Notes: generated from the sequence alone by a model not told the origin. DNA of 55,521 bases from an uncultured Gimesia sp. (GCF_937910335.1 NZ_CALEMX010000207.1:1-55521); one strand, 5' to 3'. Counted from the stretch's first letter, positions 19,946 to 32,047 are shown. Made by a program: numbers and translations.

Positions 19946-21477
19946 AATTGGACAACGAATTCAAGAATCTCGTTCAGAATTACATCGTCGGGCGCATCAC
20001 CGAAGGGGAGCTGGAACAACTCAATGTGCGTTTGACTCTTGATTCTGAATCACGTCGGTATTTCAATGAATTATTGAATCTCGATTCTGCACTGGCGGAA
20101 GTTGCAGCGGGTCAGATTTCTGACGATGAACAACCTGGCGAACAACTCACTGATTCTCTGGCGACCGATTGTCAGGAATGCAGCGCGTCCTATTCTACCT
20201 TTGATTCCAAGTCTGGCTCTCGTCAATTCTTTTCAGCGGGCCGGATGCTGGTTGTTGTTGCGAGTCTCATTCTGTTGGTCAGCGGTACTTGGTGGTGGCA
20301 GACACATCCACGCGTGTTTGCCACGATCAGCAGTGCCGCGGGTGTTGAAGGTCCTACCGAAGGGACTGTGTTACGGAACGAGGTGATTGTCATCGAGAAG
20401 GGTTCGCTGGAACTCGTCACCAAAAACGGCGCCAGAATTGCCATTGAAGCGCCGGCTGAATTCCGATTTGAATCTGCGCAACGTCTGCATATGAAGCGTG
20501 GTCGTCTGGCTGCCGATGTTCCCCCTTCCGCCAAGGGGTTCACTGTCGTGACACCGACAGGTGAAGCCGTTGATTTGGGTACGAAATTTGGTGTCGACAT
20601 TCCCTCTCAAGGCAATGCTGAAATCCATGTGTTCGAAGGTGAAGTGATTGCGCAGTCGTCCGGTGGCGGAAAACGTCTCAGTCTGCGTGATGGTGAAGCG
20701 TTTAAGCTCCAAGCCGGTGCGGGTAGGTCACGCGCGTTGCGTTCCTCCGCATTCATTCGCCCGGGTGAAGTTGCTTCATTACGTGCTGCCCTGGATGAGG
20801 GACAACATGCAAAATCGAATCAATTTCTTGACGCGTTACGAAAAGATCCGGCGTTGATTGCTTTGCTCGACTTCGAAACAGAGAATCTTCCCGCTGGGAC
20901 TTACCGGATGACACAGGGCCGCTGGCCTGGTTCCCATGCTCCCGAGTTTGTGAATGTGGGAGACCATATGAAGCTGAATGTAGGCGGCGAACAGGCGTGG
21001 CCACAACTGACACTTGCTGCCTGGGTGCGTATCGATCAACTGGGCGAACCTTATCAGTCATTTCTGCATACAGATGGCTGGGGAGAACAGGATGGTCAGG
21101 TGCACTGGATGGTAACGCATCATACTACGATGCGGCTTGCCCTTTATGGGAATACTCTTGATCCCGGTTCCAAAAACGTTGATAAGTATCCGGATTCACT
21201 CACACCCGTGCTGCCACAACAGGGACGCTGGGTACATTTAGCGGTGGTGTATGACTCGGTTGGCGGGAGGGTGCGATTTTTCTTCAATGGTAAGCTCGAC
21301 AAGGAGGAACGATTGGATGTGGCCCACCCTGCCCGACTTGGCCCTGGACAGATTGGTAACTGGGATCTACGTGATCGTAAATTGAGTGGACGAATGGACG
21401 AATTACTCATTCTCGGTCGTGCGATGGATGATGAGCAAGTGCATGCCTTATTTAAGGTGGGAACACCTTATCGCTAA
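19942..21477 (+). CDS. FecR-domain anti-sigma factor with C-terminal LamG/ConA-like domain
   Basis: ATGA overlap with the sigma gene; TM helix; [22 protein letters not shown]; WVHLAVVYD and GRMDEL. Confidence 0.88.
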   Translation: MKLDNEFKNLVQNYIVGRITEGELEQLNVRLTLDSESRRYFNELLNLDSALAEVAAGQISDDEQPGEQLTDSLATDCQECSASYSTFDSKSGSRQFFSAGRMLVVVASLILLVSGTWWWQTHPRVFATISSAAGVEGPTEGTVLRNEVIVIEKGSLELVTKNGARIAIEAPAEFRFESAQRLHMKRGRLAADVPPSAKGFTVVTPTGEAVDLGTKFGVDIPSQGNAEIHVFEGEVIAQSSGGGKRLSLRDGEAFKLQAGAGRSRALRSSAFIRPGEVASLRAALDEGQHAKSNQFLDALRKDPALIALLDFETENLPAGTYRMTQGRWPGSHAPEFVNVGDHMKLNVGGEQAWPQLTLAAWVRIDQLGEPYQSFLHTDGWGEQDGQVHWMVTHHTTMRLALYGNTLDPGSKNVDKYPDSLTPVLPQQGRWVHLAVVYDSVGGRVRFFFNGKLDKEERLDVAHPARLGPGQIGNWDLRDRKLSGRMDELLILGRAMDDEQVHALFKVGTPYR

Positions 21478-21500
21478 TCCAATAGACAGATAGAAAACTA

Positions 21501-24287
21501 ATGATGAAGCAATTCATATCTCTGATAATGATGACAGTAATGATCTGGGTGGGTACCAATTCTCTGTGGGCGGCTCCGATTGAATATGAGCGCGATGTGA
21601 AACCGATCTTTGCGAAACATTGCTTTTCGTGCCATGGTGGTAAAAAGCAGGAGGCCAGTTTGCGGCTGGATCTCAAGTCGAGCGTTTTCAAAGGGGGTGA
21701 CAGCTATGGGCCGAGCATTATCAGTGGCAACGCGAAAGAGAGCCCGCTGATTCAGTTTGTGAAAGGCGAGGATGAAGATACGCGGATGCCTCCGGAGGGT
21801 AAGCTGCTGTCGGGGGCGGAAGTTTCGATACTGACAAAATGGATCAACGCAGGGGCTAAATGGCCTGATGGCGGGCATGCGGAAAAGCAGAAAGACGCGC
21901 AGGATCACTGGTCCTTCCAGCCGATGAAACAAGCTGAGATTCCAAAAACGAAAGATCAAAAATGGGCGAGGAATGCCATTGATGCATTTGTTCTCGCGCG
22001 GCTGGAAAAAGAGAAGTTTCGACCTTCACCGGATACGGATCGTGTGACGTGGTTGCGACGTGTCTCTTTTACTCTGACGGGATTACCCCCTACTCCAGCG
22101 CAAGTCAGCGCGTTTATTGGGGACAAAAAAGAGAATGCTTACGAGCGTGTGGTTGATGAATTACTGAATTCGCCCCGTTATGGCGAACGCTGGGCGCAGC
22201 ATTGGCTGGATGTGATTCGCTGGTCCGAGACAGTGGGTTTTGAGACGAATCTTCCGCGTCCGAACGCGTGGCCATATCGTGACTGGGTGATTGGTGCTTT
22301 GAATGCGGACAAACCTTACAATCAGTTTCTGACAGAGCAGATTGCGGGTGATACGTTGGGAACAGATGCCGCTTTGGGTTTTCTGGTGGCTGGTCCCGCT
22401 AACTTACCCGGTCAGATCGGGCGCGATCTCGAAGCGATGCGACAGGCGCGTCAGGATGAATTGGACGAAGTCATTCGGACGGTGGGACAGAGCCTGTTTG
22501 GTCTGACGATTGGATGTGCGCGTTGTCATAGTCATAAATTCGATCCGATTACGCAAGGCGATTATTATTCGATGCAGGCCGTTTTTTCTGGTTTGTCGTA
22601 TGGTGATCGTCGATTACGGGGGACACAGAACGATACATGGTCGGCTCAAATTCCTGCTGTCGGTGAACGACTGGCAACACTGCGTCGTGAACGGGAATCG
22701 CTGCAAAAACAGCATCATCTGCGGGCATCGATCAGTAATGTTCAGACAGAGACGTTTGAGCCAATTCGTGCGAAGGCGGTGCGAATGCGCATTGAAGCGA
22801 CGAATAATCGTGGGTCGGCCAGCTTGTATGAGTTTGAAGTCTGGTCAGAATTCAAGAAAGATCAGCCTGCGCAAAATGTGGCGCTGGCATCTGCTGGAGC
22901 AAAACCTTCTGCGTCGAGTTTTTTACTGGCGAACCAGTCGCGGCACTTTGATAACCTGGTTGATGGATCGATTGATCGGCGACAGGCATTTCCCTGGATT
23001 TCTGCCAAAGGAGGGCCCGCCTGGTTACGCATTGATCTGTCGGAACCCGAGACTATCAATCGAATCGTGTGGCATAACGGTTCCAGTATTCCCGTCGATT
23101 ATGAAATCGAAGTGCTGACTGAAGGTTCGGATTCCTGGAAGCGTGTATCGAATACTCAGGATCGCCTGCCTCGGATCGATGATGTGCGTGCAGCCAAAGA
23201 TGTCAAGATTTCCGGGTTAAGCGAAACAGAGGTTCTCGAGATTGTTGAGAAAACGGCGGCGATTCGTAAAACAGAAAGCGAACAGGGTCGACTTGCGAGA
23301 GGTCCTCAAGTTTATGCGGCCCGTTTTACGGAACAGCCGAATAAAACGTGGCTATTGGGTCGAGGTGATCCAATGAAGCGTGTCAGACCGGTTGCTCCCT
23401 CGGCACCTGTGTTCCTGGGTGGTTCGAAACTGGCGCTTGATGCACCAGAGGCTGCGCGCAGGCTGACTTTAGCGCGGCATTTGACGCGCGATGATCATCC
23501 CCTGACGGCTCGTGTGATTGTGAATCGCGTGTGGCAGCATCATTTTGGAGCGGGCATAGTTGATACCCCTTCTGATTTCGGCAAGATGGGGGCGGCTCCT
23601 TCACATCCTTTATTACTGGACTGGCTGGCTGTTGACTTCGTTAAAAATGGCTGGTCATTGAAACGACTACATCGTCAAATAGTGCTTTCTCGAACCTTCG
23701 GGCAGTCGAGTAAGCCTCGCAAAGAGGCGCTTCTGGTGGATGCGGAATCACGGTTGTTGTGGCGATTTCCGCCGCGACGGTTGGAAGCGGAAGCGATTCG
23801 CGATTCGATATTAAGTGTAAGTGGCAAATTGAATCTTAAGATGGGGGGAGCCGGTTTTGATTTCTTCAATCAACGGGGCGGGCTCTCAGATTACAAAGCC
23901 AAAGAGACGTTTGATGCATCGGGGTGGCGTCGGATGATTTATGCTCACAAAATTCGGATGCAGTCGGTGGATATCTTCGGCGCGTTTGACTGTCCTGATG
24001 CGGGTCAGATGAAACCTAAGCGGACGCGATCGATTACGCCGATCCAATCGTTGAGTCTGTTGAACAGCCCTTTTATCAATCGGCAGGCTTCATTTTTTGC
24101 TGAACGCGTTCGGAGCGAAGTTGGCATGGAACCCGCGGCTCAAGTGAGTCGGGCTTTTGAGTTGATTTATTCACGCGTTCCGAGAACGAATGAAATGCAA
24201 CGTTTGACCGAGCTGGCTTCTCAACATGGTCTCGAGCAGGTTTGCCGCGTGCTCTTCAATACTAAGGAGTTTATCACTATCCAATGA
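21501..24287 (+). CDS. Planctomycete cytochrome c / DUF1549 / DUF1553 protein with discoidin-like insert
   Basis: CFSCH and CARCH heme motifs, [44 protein letters not shown]. Confidence 0.92.
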   Translation: MMKQFISLIMMTVMIWVGTNSLWAAPIEYERDVKPIFAKHCFSCHGGKKQEASLRLDLKSSVFKGGDSYGPSIISGNAKESPLIQFVKGEDEDTRMPPEGKLLSGAEVSILTKWINAGAKWPDGGHAEKQKDAQDHWSFQPMKQAEIPKTKDQKWARNAIDAFVLARLEKEKFRPSPDTDRVTWLRRVSFTLTGLPPTPAQVSAFIGDKKENAYERVVDELLNSPRYGERWAQHWLDVIRWSETVGFETNLPRPNAWPYRDWVIGALNADKPYNQFLTEQIAGDTLGTDAALGFLVAGPANLPGQIGRDLEAMRQARQDELDEVIRTVGQSLFGLTIGCARCHSHKFDPITQGDYYSMQAVFSGLSYGDRRLRGTQNDTWSAQIPAVGERLATLRRERESLQKQHHLRASISNVQTETFEPIRAKAVRMRIEATNNRGSASLYEFEVWSEFKKDQPAQNVALASAGAKPSASSFLLANQSRHFDNLVDGSIDRRQAFPWISAKGGPAWLRIDLSEPETINRIVWHNGSSIPVDYEIEVLTEGSDSWKRVSNTQDRLPRIDDVRAAKDVKISGLSETEVLEIVEKTAAIRKTESEQGRLARGPQVYAARFTEQPNKTWLLGRGDPMKRVRPVAPSAPVFLGGSKLALDAPEAARRLTLARHLTRDDHPLTARVIVNRVWQHHFGAGIVDTPSDFGKMGAAPSHPLLLDWLAVDFVKNGWSLKRLHRQIVLSRTFGQSSKPRKEALLVDAESRLLWRFPPRRLEAEAIRDSILSVSGKLNLKMGGAGFDFFNQRGGLSDYKAKETFDASGWRRMIYAHKIRMQSVDIFGAFDCPDAGQMKPKRTRSITPIQSLSLLNSPFINRQASFFAERVRSEVGMEPAAQVSRAFELIYSRVPRTNEMQRLTELASQHGLEQVCRVLFNTKEFITIQ

Positions 24288-25750
24288 GTGTTTCATCGCA
24301 AAAGAATTTATACTCTGGTATTCATCAACCTCAGAGACGCCAGTTTCTGATGGGGGCTTTACAGGGACTTTCGGGGATTGCACTGGCTGCGCTGACTGCT
24401 GATGAGTTGCGTGCGAAATCGCCGGTGATTGACCCTGCGAAACCCTATGCACCTCGTCAGCCGCATTTCAAAGCACGGGCGAAAAATGTGATTGTCGTGT
24501 ATTGTTCGGGCGCAGTCAGTCATGTGGATACGTTTGACTATAAGCCGGAACTGATTCGCCTGCATGGTCAGCCCTTGCCGGGCAAGAAGAATTTCGTTTC
24601 ATTTCAGGGGCCGAATGGGAATCTTACGCAACCGCTATGGAAGTTTCGACCTCGGGGCGAATGCGGGAAAATGGTTTCGGATTTGTTGCCGCATATTGGC
24701 GATATGTCTGATGACATCTGTTATTTTCATTCGTTGACGAATACGTCAAATACGCATGGGCCCGCTGAGAATATGATTAATACCGGATTCACTTTTGATG
24801 GATTTCCGAGTATGGGAGCCTGGGTGAATTTCGCGTTGGGGTCTGAAAATCAGAATCTCCCGGCGTTTGTGGCGATAGAAGATCCGCGGGGGATGCCTCA
24901 GTCAGGGCCGAATAACTGGGCCAATGGATTTCTGCCGGCTGCTTTTCAGGGAACACCTTTCAGTACGACAAAACCCGTGCGTTACTTGAAACGGCCGAAA
25001 TTGATTTCTTCGAAATCTGATAGTGCAGCGCGTGCGGCGCTGCGTTTTCTGGAAGAGCAAAATCTGGCGAAGACGCCTGAGGATAAAGATCTTTCTGCGC
25101 GGATTGCCAGTTACGAACTGGCGGCCCGGATGCAGATGCATGTTCCCCAGGCGGCTGACATTGAAGATGAACCCCAACATATCCATCGCCAATACGGGAC
25201 GGATAGTCCGAACAAAACGAAAGCATCATTCGCCAAAAATTGTCTACTGGCGCGACGTCTGGTGGAACGTGGTGTGCGGTTCGTGCAGTTGTTCAACGGT
25301 GCCTACGCTTCCGGGGGACGGATTAACTGGGATGGGCACAGTCGGCTGAAAGAACAGTACGACGTGCATGGTGAGATCCTGGATCAACCTGTAGCCGGTC
25401 TGCTCAAAGATTTGAAACAGAGTGGTTTGCTCGAATCGACATTAGTCGTTTTTGCGACCGAGTTCGGTCGGATGCCCATGTTCCAGGCGGGAACCTACGG
25501 TCGCGACCATAACCCGCTGGGTTTTACCTGCTGGTTAGCGGGGGCTGGCGTCAAAGGAGGAACCAGTTATGGGGCTACCGACGAATTCGGGTTCAAGGCT
25601 CAAGATAATGTGATCACGCCCGCTGATTTTCATGCGACCATTTTGCATCTGTTGGGGCTGAATCACGAAGAGCTTACGTTTTACCATAACGGCATTGATC
25701 GCCGCTTGACGAACGTGGAAGGTCATGTGATTCGTGATGTGCTTTCTTGA
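24284..25750 (+). CDS. DUF1501 domain protein
   Basis: QRRQFL leader; [32 protein letters not shown] and GRDHNP. Confidence 0.92.
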   Translation: MSVSSQKNLYSGIHQPQRRQFLMGALQGLSGIALAALTADELRAKSPVIDPAKPYAPRQPHFKARAKNVIVVYCSGAVSHVDTFDYKPELIRLHGQPLPGKKNFVSFQGPNGNLTQPLWKFRPRGECGKMVSDLLPHIGDMSDDICYFHSLTNTSNTHGPAENMINTGFTFDGFPSMGAWVNFALGSENQNLPAFVAIEDPRGMPQSGPNNWANGFLPAAFQGTPFSTTKPVRYLKRPKLISSKSDSAARAALRFLEEQNLAKTPEDKDLSARIASYELAARMQMHVPQAADIEDEPQHIHRQYGTDSPNKTKASFAKNCLLARRLVERGVRFVQLFNGAYASGGRINWDGHSRLKEQYDVHGEILDQPVAGLLKDLKQSGLLESTLVVFATEFGRMPMFQAGTYGRDHNPLGFTCWLAGAGVKGGTSYGATDEFGFKAQDNVITPADFHATILHLLGLNHEELTFYHNGIDRRLTNVEGHVIRDVLS

Positions 25751-25769
25751 TCACTCTAAAGCATTTTTA

Positions 25770-25856
25770 CTACCACGAAAGACACGAAATTACACGAACA
25801 GTTGTGTTGTTGGACGCTGGTTCTAAACACTGTCGGGCCAGCCGACAGTGGCACCC
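25770..25856 (+). repeat. Composite REP-like repeat, copy C
   Basis: CTACCACGAAAGACACGAAATTACACGAACAGTTGTGTTGTTG...CACTGTCGG-GCCAG-CCGACAGTGGCACCC. Confidence 0.88.
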
Positions 25857-25986
25857 GGCGATTACTAGATTACCTTGTGATATTATTCATAAACCTGTTT
25901 TTATCGCTTAAAATCACTGTGAGAATGTTCTTTAGATGACAGAGTCTATGGTATTTACCTCCCTTATTCTTTAGATACCTACTCCG

Positions 25987-27009
25987 ATGAAAATTAAATA
26001 CAAACCCAAAACCCTTATCATTACATGTCTGTTATTTCTTTTAATCTTGCTGGGCTTCTACTGCGTCTTAAATAGTTCAGCCAGGTCGGTCTATTTAAAC
26101 CGCGTCAGAGTTGCGGAAGATTTGGAAGAAAATTATTACTTGGAAGCGATTGATGAAAATAAAGGTTACCAAATGCCCAGACATTGGCTTGTTTATACTC
26201 CCAGGTCTGGGCTGTTAAGTCGTCTGAAAATAGCGTCACCCGTCGGACTGGCTGATACAGTGTTAAAGTTAGAATATGATATTGAATGGTCTGAAAAGCC
26301 CTTGCCAGAGTCGATTTGCACATTTATTGAGCTACAATCTCTGTCGCTAAGTAATATGAAACTCACCGCGAGAGAGGCATTGATCATTGGGAAGCTAAAA
26401 AATATTACATCAATCAGTTTTTTTGACTGTAATTTATCTACAGAATTTTGTAGCAACTTTCCAATTAAGAATAGAATATCGGACATTTATCTTTATGACA
26501 CAAAAGTCGGCACCAGTAATTTATCGAATCTTTTAAATCGAATTCCTGGCCTGACTGATCTGTCTATTGGTAAATACAACCTCACTTCTGAAGTTATAAA
26601 AAATATTCAGTCACTACGTCTTGAATCATTAAGCTTAAGACATTGTTCTGTTGACAAAGAGATTCTCCAGCAAATTATTAAAATCAAAACTCTCGAATAT
26701 ATAGATTTGTCCTACAACACGTTAGCATCACGTACCTTTGAGATGCTGGCGACTCTTCCGAAGCTAAGACATCTTGATATAAGAGGTACGACATTTTCTC
26801 CTACTGAATTATCTGATCTTTCGGCATCAAAATCTCTTGCCGAAATATGGATTAGCAGTAGGGAAATGAAGTCAAGTGATTTAGACCCACTTTTCAAAAT
26901 TAGAACCCTCAAGCATATTACTGCTGTGCTTCCCACAAAAGAGCCTCATCCCAAAACTCATAAAGACATAAAGGTCGATATTATAAGATATGATTATGAA
27001 ACTGAATAA
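25987..27009 (+). CDS. Membrane-anchored leucine-rich-repeat protein, AT-rich
   Basis: N-terminal TM; LxxLxL repeats (LQSLSLSN, LTDLSIG, LESLSLRHC, LEYIDLSYN, LRHLDIRGT); visibly lower GC than its neighbours. Confidence 0.82.
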   Translation: MKIKYKPKTLIITCLLFLLILLGFYCVLNSSARSVYLNRVRVAEDLEENYYLEAIDENKGYQMPRHWLVYTPRSGLLSRLKIASPVGLADTVLKLEYDIEWSEKPLPESICTFIELQSLSLSNMKLTAREALIIGKLKNITSISFFDCNLSTEFCSNFPIKNRISDIYLYDTKVGTSNLSNLLNRIPGLTDLSIGKYNLTSEVIKNIQSLRLESLSLRHCSVDKEILQQIIKIKTLEYIDLSYNTLASRTFEMLATLPKLRHLDIRGTTFSPTELSDLSASKSLAEIWISSREMKSSDLDPLFKIRTLKHITAVLPTKEPHPKTHKDIKVDIIRYDYETE

Positions 27010-27072
27010 TTGTATCTAGTTGAGCTATCCCACCTTGTCAAATTTCAGTAGCCCACTCCCCTTCAAGTTTGC

Positions 27073-28638
27073 TTACTTAAACTGCAGCGAATAGAGATCC
27101 GCGTCTTTGAGTTTTATTTTTAGTCTGACTGGTTTGCCGGCGAGTTGGCTGACGTCGGAGCTGTTTTTCCAGTAGACGGGGCGTGCTAGGGAATCGCCGA
27201 AGACTTCGGTGCAGTCTTGGGCGGTGAAGCCGGGGATTGGTTTTCCATCGGGCGTCTCGATTGCTACGACGATCGAACCGGCGGCGGAACTGGCGAAGTT
27301 GAGTAGGAGTTCTTTGCCTGTGAAGGTGATGGGGCGGGTGATGATCTCTCCGCCTTTCATGGGGGCGTTGATGGAAACGAAGCCGTCGATGCGCATGGTG
27401 TAGCGGCGGAGTTGGCTCCCTTTTCCGGTCCAGTAGCCTTCAGTGGAATACAGAGAGATTTCATTGGGGGCGTCCTCGATGGCTGATTTGGTTTCTACCA
27501 TCTGCCAGGCGATGTATTGATTGCCGTAGGCCCAGGTTCCCTTGCGTTGGATGCCGGGACGCAGGAAGGCTTCCTGCCAGCGTTTGAAGTTGACGCCGTC
27601 TCGGCTGGTCATGAAGAGACCTTCAGAAATTGCCATGCCGTAGCGGTCGGAGATTGACGAACGCATTTTTCGGTGTTTGAATTCGGGTAGCGCTTCCATT
27701 GATTTAGACCAGCCGCGTTCGATGTAACGTGTGGGGAAGCCCATTAGAATATGTGGTGCGCGGTAGTAGGGTTTGATTTGGTTTGTGTAGAGTTGTTCGC
27801 TGGGAGTGTCGCCGTACTTCAAGTCTTGTGGTTTACTCCAGTGGATCATATCGTCGGAGGTTGCGGTGCGGATGGCGCGATCACCGGCGGGCTTCCAGAC
27901 TTTGTCGGTGGTGCCAGCGGTGAAGTAGCGCCAATAGGCGCGGTATTGTTTCGTGGCTGGATCCCAGAAGGCGAGGTTTTGCGAATCGAAGGCGCCGTCT
28001 GTGATGACGGGTTTTTCGGACATGAGCGACCATTTTAAGCCATCGGGCGATTTGAGTGCGAGTAGTCCTTTGGGCTTGCGGGAACGAAGAATGGCTTTGT
28101 ATTTTGCATCGGGGGCGGCGTTCGGGTTTTCATCTTTGAAGACGGCTGGATGTACGGGATCGGGATTAGCGGTTTTCATCCAGTCTCGTCGATCCAGGCC
28201 GATTACGATGTTATTGTCTTTGGAGCCACCCTTGGGGAAAGCGAACAGGCCCAGATTCGGTTTTTTCCAGTGAATGCCATCATCGCTTTCGGCGTAACAG
28301 GTGAAAAAGCTGGGGTTTGGTCCGAGCTTTCCCTGTTGCACATCCAGATGCCAGGCTTTGTAGTACATTTTATATTTATCACCATCCTGGAAAATACTGT
28401 GATAACCACAGCCGCTGCCTTCCCAGGGGGAATCGTGTGAAATGACGACTTCCTGCGGAACGGGATGATGCAGGACAAAGCGGGCGTTTGCCGAACGTGT
28501 TGCAATCAGGGTGTTATCGACCATCAGTTCGAGGCGCGAGCCAACATCGATTGGTTTGGCCGTTGGTTTGTCTGCGTACGTAATATTTGTGGTAAGGATG
28601 ATTAAGAGGCAGAGGCAAAAGGCTGGCAATCGTTTCAT
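27073..28638 (-). CDS. Secreted glycoside-hydrolase-like beta-propeller protein
   Basis: Signal peptide; Asp-box-like repeats SDDGIHW, SPDGLKW, SDDMIHW, SRDGVNF; FDSQN; C-terminal beta-sandwich ending DADLYSLQF. Confidence 0.8.
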   Translation of the reverse strand: MKRLPAFCLCLLIILTTNITYADKPTAKPIDVGSRLELMVDNTLIATRSANARFVLHHPVPQEVVISHDSPWEGSGCGYHSIFQDGDKYKMYYKAWHLDVQQGKLGPNPSFFTCYAESDDGIHWKKPNLGLFAFPKGGSKDNNIVIGLDRRDWMKTANPDPVHPAVFKDENPNAAPDAKYKAILRSRKPKGLLALKSPDGLKWSLMSEKPVITDGAFDSQNLAFWDPATKQYRAYWRYFTAGTTDKVWKPAGDRAIRTATSDDMIHWSKPQDLKYGDTPSEQLYTNQIKPYYRAPHILMGFPTRYIERGWSKSMEALPEFKHRKMRSSISDRYGMAISEGLFMTSRDGVNFKRWQEAFLRPGIQRKGTWAYGNQYIAWQMVETKSAIEDAPNEISLYSTEGYWTGKGSQLRRYTMRIDGFVSINAPMKGGEIITRPITFTGKELLLNFASSAAGSIVVAIETPDGKPIPGFTAQDCTEVFGDSLARPVYWKNSSDVSQLAGKPVRLKIKLKDADLYSLQFK

Positions 28639-28741
28639 GGTGCTGGTCCTGTTGGATGAACTTGCGGGAGGCTGGTTAATCAGGTGTGGTTTTTATTTTA
28701 ACCCAATTTTTGGTTTGATTGAAAGGCAACTGGGGTCAGTA

Positions 28742-28806
28742 CTACCACGAAAGAGACGAAACGTATTGATCGGTTGTGTTTTTATCTACCACGAAATGCA
28801 CGAAAA
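28742..28806 (+). repeat. Partial composite repeat, copy D (two CTACCACGAAA units, no hairpin)
   Basis: CTACCACGAAAGAGACGAAA...CGGTTGTGTTTTTATCTACCACGAAATGCACGAAA. Confidence 0.75.
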
Positions 28807-28881
28807 AGAATTAAGCTTTGAGGACACTATGGAAAAGTGCTTTTGAATTTTGATATTCAACTGGCTTTGCTATCAACGGGC

Positions 28882-30141
28882 TCAAAAACGCGTTGGTGAA
28901 AAGGGGGTCGCATCGATGTGGGTGGGTTGTTGCTGAATGATTTCGGCGATTAATTTTCCCGTGGCTGTGGCCATGCTCATTCCAAGCATGTTGTGGCCTG
29001 TAGCGAGGTAGGCGTTCGTGAGGTTGGGAACCTGGCCGATGATTGGCAGGCTGTCCCAGGTCATGGGTCGCCAGCCGAACCATGTTTGCTGGTCGCCTTC
29101 CGTATAGGGAGTGATCAGATACGGTTTCGCTGAAACGCGTAGTTGATTGATGCGACGCTTTGGGATTGCGGTATCATAACCGGCGAATTCCATCATTGAG
29201 CCGAGTCGATAGCCGTTCTGGAAGGGTGAGACACCTACTTTGTGCTCTGGAAACAGCATGGGATAGATGGGGCACGGGTCGGGTCGCTGCATGGTAACGG
29301 AGTAACCTTTGCCGGGCTGGATGGGTAAGTGGCATTCCAACTCGGCAGATAACTGAGGGCTCCAGGCACCGGTGGCGAAGATAATGCGATCCGCGTCCAT
29401 TTCCCCTTTCGAAGTTTTGAGGTGTGTGATTTGGCCCTCCGATTTACCGATGTTCTGCAATTCACAGTTCTCTACGAACTTGACGCCACGCTGTTTGAGA
29501 CGTTCTGCCCATTGTGTATTGAGCAGGTCTGGTCGGACCGAAGCATCTCCCGGATAATAGAAGGCGCCCGCTAGATTGTCTTTGAGAGCGGGATCGACAG
29601 TGCAAAGATCAGTGCCTTCGATGCGGCGGGCTTTCACTCCAAAGTGATCAGAGAGTATCTTGTCCGTTTGGGAGAACTCGTGCATGCCTTTTTCGGTTTG
29701 GAGGACATAGAGCAGTCCTTTTTCTGTCCATTCACAATCGAGTTGTTCTTCAGCGATCAGCCTGCGGTATTCGAGCATCGATGAATCAAGAATCGATTGG
29801 AGATGTTTGCCTGCTTCGAGCATCTGGCGCTGCGTGCAACGTTTGGCAAACTGCCAGATCCAGTTCCAGAGTGCGGGACTCAAGCGTGGTTTGACACGAA
29901 AGGGGGCGTTGGGGGTGAATAACGATTTGAGAGCGACGCGGATAGCCCCCGGTTCTGTGAGCGGCAGAACGTGTGAGGGGCAGATGTATCCGCAGTTTCC
30001 ATGCGAGCAGGCGCCTGCGATTGTATTGCGATCTATAACGGTGACTTGCATACCTGATTTTGAGAGGTAATGCGCGCAGGCAATACCGATGACGCCGGCG
30101 CCGACGACGATTGCTGTTTCCGTTTTTGGGGACGAATTCAT
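28882..30141 (-). CDS. FAD-dependent D-amino acid dehydrogenase (probable D-hydroxyproline dehydrogenase)
   Basis: GAGVIG Rossmann motif, SHGNCG, GKGYS, GWRPMT, ATGHNMLG; adjacent to the epimerase. Confidence 0.88.
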   Translation of the reverse strand: MNSSPKTETAIVVGAGVIGIACAHYLSKSGMQVTVIDRNTIAGACSHGNCGYICPSHVLPLTEPGAIRVALKSLFTPNAPFRVKPRLSPALWNWIWQFAKRCTQRQMLEAGKHLQSILDSSMLEYRRLIAEEQLDCEWTEKGLLYVLQTEKGMHEFSQTDKILSDHFGVKARRIEGTDLCTVDPALKDNLAGAFYYPGDASVRPDLLNTQWAERLKQRGVKFVENCELQNIGKSEGQITHLKTSKGEMDADRIIFATGAWSPQLSAELECHLPIQPGKGYSVTMQRPDPCPIYPMLFPEHKVGVSPFQNGYRLGSMMEFAGYDTAIPKRRINQLRVSAKPYLITPYTEGDQQTWFGWRPMTWDSLPIIGQVPNLTNAYLATGHNMLGMSMATATGKLIAEIIQQQPTHIDATPFSPTRF

Positions 30142-31082
30142 GCTGGCCCTGCGAGGGAAATGCCGTTGCGGAAAGGGTCGTCACGTTGCAGGATGAGTAT
30201 TCCCTCCCCACAGATAAATGCGTTGCCCGTGATGGTGGGTATGATCTCACCGTTCGAACCTACGTGATAGGTGGCAACAAAACGGCTGCCGATAATGCTC
30301 TCTTGAATCCAGGATTCTCCTGGCATTAGTTTTCCATCTGCGGCCAGACAGGCGAGTTTAGCGCTGGTGCCTGTGCCGCAGGGTGAACGATCATAGGCGC
30401 CGCCCGGGCAATAGACGAAGTTACGGCTGTTTGCATTGGATGATTCTGCGGGTCCGAAGAATTCGATGTGATCGATTTCCTCACCATCTGCGCCAGTGAT
30501 TTGCTGGCGTTCGAGTTCTGAACGAATCTGTAACGCGGCAGCGGTGAGCGGTTTCACATTTTGCAGTGTAAGTGGAACGGGTGTTTGTTCAATCAGGAAA
30601 AACCAGTTTCCTCCCCAGGCGATGTCGCCGACGATGGTTCCGAGTTCGGGAACATTCAGACTGACTTGATGTCGATAACGATAACTGGGGACGTTTTCAA
30701 TGGCGACTCTATTGGGAGTCAGTAGATTGGCTTCAACGACGCCCACGGGGGTTTCCAATCGACAGAGGCCGAGCCCTACCCTGCCCTGATAGGCGAGCGT
30801 GGCGGCGACACCCATGGCTCCATGTCCACACATTCCCAGATAGCCGGTGTTATTGAAGAAGATGACGCCGGTCGCGCAGGTTGAATCTTCTGGTTCACAC
30901 AGTAAAGCGCCTACGACTGCCTCGGATCCGCGCGGTTCATTGATGGCGGTGCTGCGAAAGTGGTCGTGGTTTTGTTTGAATCGTAACAGACGTTCGCGCA
31001 AGGAACCGTTTCCGAGATCGGGGCCCCCGCCAATGATCACTCTGGTTGGTTCACCCTCCGTGTGTGAGTCAATGATGCGCAT
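30138..31082 (-). CDS. Proline racemase family, probable 4-hydroxyproline 2-epimerase
   Basis: DSHTEGEPTR, catalytic MCGH and DRSPCGTGT motifs. Confidence 0.92.
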   Translation of the reverse strand: MRIIDSHTEGEPTRVIIGGGPDLGNGSLRERLLRFKQNHDHFRSTAINEPRGSEAVVGALLCEPEDSTCATGVIFFNNTGYLGMCGHGAMGVAATLAYQGRVGLGLCRLETPVGVVEANLLTPNRVAIENVPSYRYRHQVSLNVPELGTIVGDIAWGGNWFFLIEQTPVPLTLQNVKPLTAAALQIRSELERQQITGADGEEIDHIEFFGPAESSNANSRNFVYCPGGAYDRSPCGTGTSAKLACLAADGKLMPGESWIQESIIGSRFVATYHVGSNGEIIPTITGNAFICGEGILILQRDDPFRNGISLAGPA

Positions 31083-31099
31083 AATTGTCTCCTGACAAA

Positions 31100-32047
31100 T
31101 CAGGTGTTTGAACCGGGCCAGTTACTCCACCAGGTTCTGAACTGTTCCCATTGCTGCCGAATAAAAGTCTGCTGACTGGCGCTGAGCGCATCTGATTTGT
31201 AGAAATGGAACTCGTATTCGGGATAACCTTCGAGGACCATCAGGTATTTGTAGTACAATACCAGGTCCGGTCCTTCATCGTAGGTGGAAAGCACGTGGAG
31301 TGCTTCATCCAGTTCCATTGCGAGTTTTCTGGCTTCGGCATCGCCGGCGGCTGCCTGCGTACAGAGTTCGAGTAGGTGCAGGGTTTCTCTGGGTAATGCA
31401 TTACCCACGCCTGTGATGGATCCGGTTGCGCCGCAGTGTACGTAGCCATGAAAGACTTGTGTGTCGACGCCTGCGATCAAAACAAGGTCCGGGTCTGTGC
31501 TGGTAATGTGTTCTGCGGCGTAACTCAGTGAATCCGGTCCGCCGAATTCTTTGAATCCCACGAGATTGGAATGTTCGCGGCGCAGGTCGAAGAAGAGATC
31601 GGCTTTTGTTTCAAAACCGTAGTAGGGACTGTTGTAAATCACTGCTGGAAGTTCCCCGCCTGCCTTCAGGATCGCTGCAAAGTGAGCGTGTTGTGCAGCT
31701 GGTGAGGTTCCCCGCGAAAGGACACGCGGTATGACCATGAGTCCGGCTGCTCCGATTTCTTTGGCGTGACTGGCAATGGCGACGGCGCGTTGTGTGTTCT
31801 GAGCTCCGGTGCCGACGACGACTGGGACACCTGCCGTGACGAGTTGGCGGACTCCTTCCATGCGTTGTTCGTCGGTCAGTAAAGGCCAGTCACCCATTGA
31901 GCCACAATAGACGACGCCTCGCATGCCTGCTGCGATCAGTTCACTTCCTTTGCGGGCCAGCGCTTCGAAGTCGGGTGTGCCCTGCTCCGTGCATGGTGTC
32001 ATTAATGCCGGAATACATCCACGGAATATCTGTGCTTTATCGGTCAT
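31100..32047 (-). CDS. DHDPS-family lyase (probable 1-pyrroline-4-hydroxy-2-carboxylate deaminase)
   Basis: IPALMTP, GSMGD, IYNSP and GFKEF (Schiff-base Lys); cluster context. Confidence 0.85.
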   Translation of the reverse strand: MTDKAQIFRGCIPALMTPCTEQGTPDFEALARKGSELIAAGMRGVVYCGSMGDWPLLTDEQRMEGVRQLVTAGVPVVVGTGAQNTQRAVAIASHAKEIGAAGLMVIPRVLSRGTSPAAQHAHFAAILKAGGELPAVIYNSPYYGFETKADLFFDLRREHSNLVGFKEFGGPDSLSYAAEHITSTDPDLVLIAGVDTQVFHGYVHCGATGSITGVGNALPRETLHLLELCTQAAAGDAEARKLAMELDEALHVLSTYDEGPDLVLYYKYLMVLEGYPEYEFHFYKSDALSASQQTFIRQQWEQFRTWWSNWPGSNT

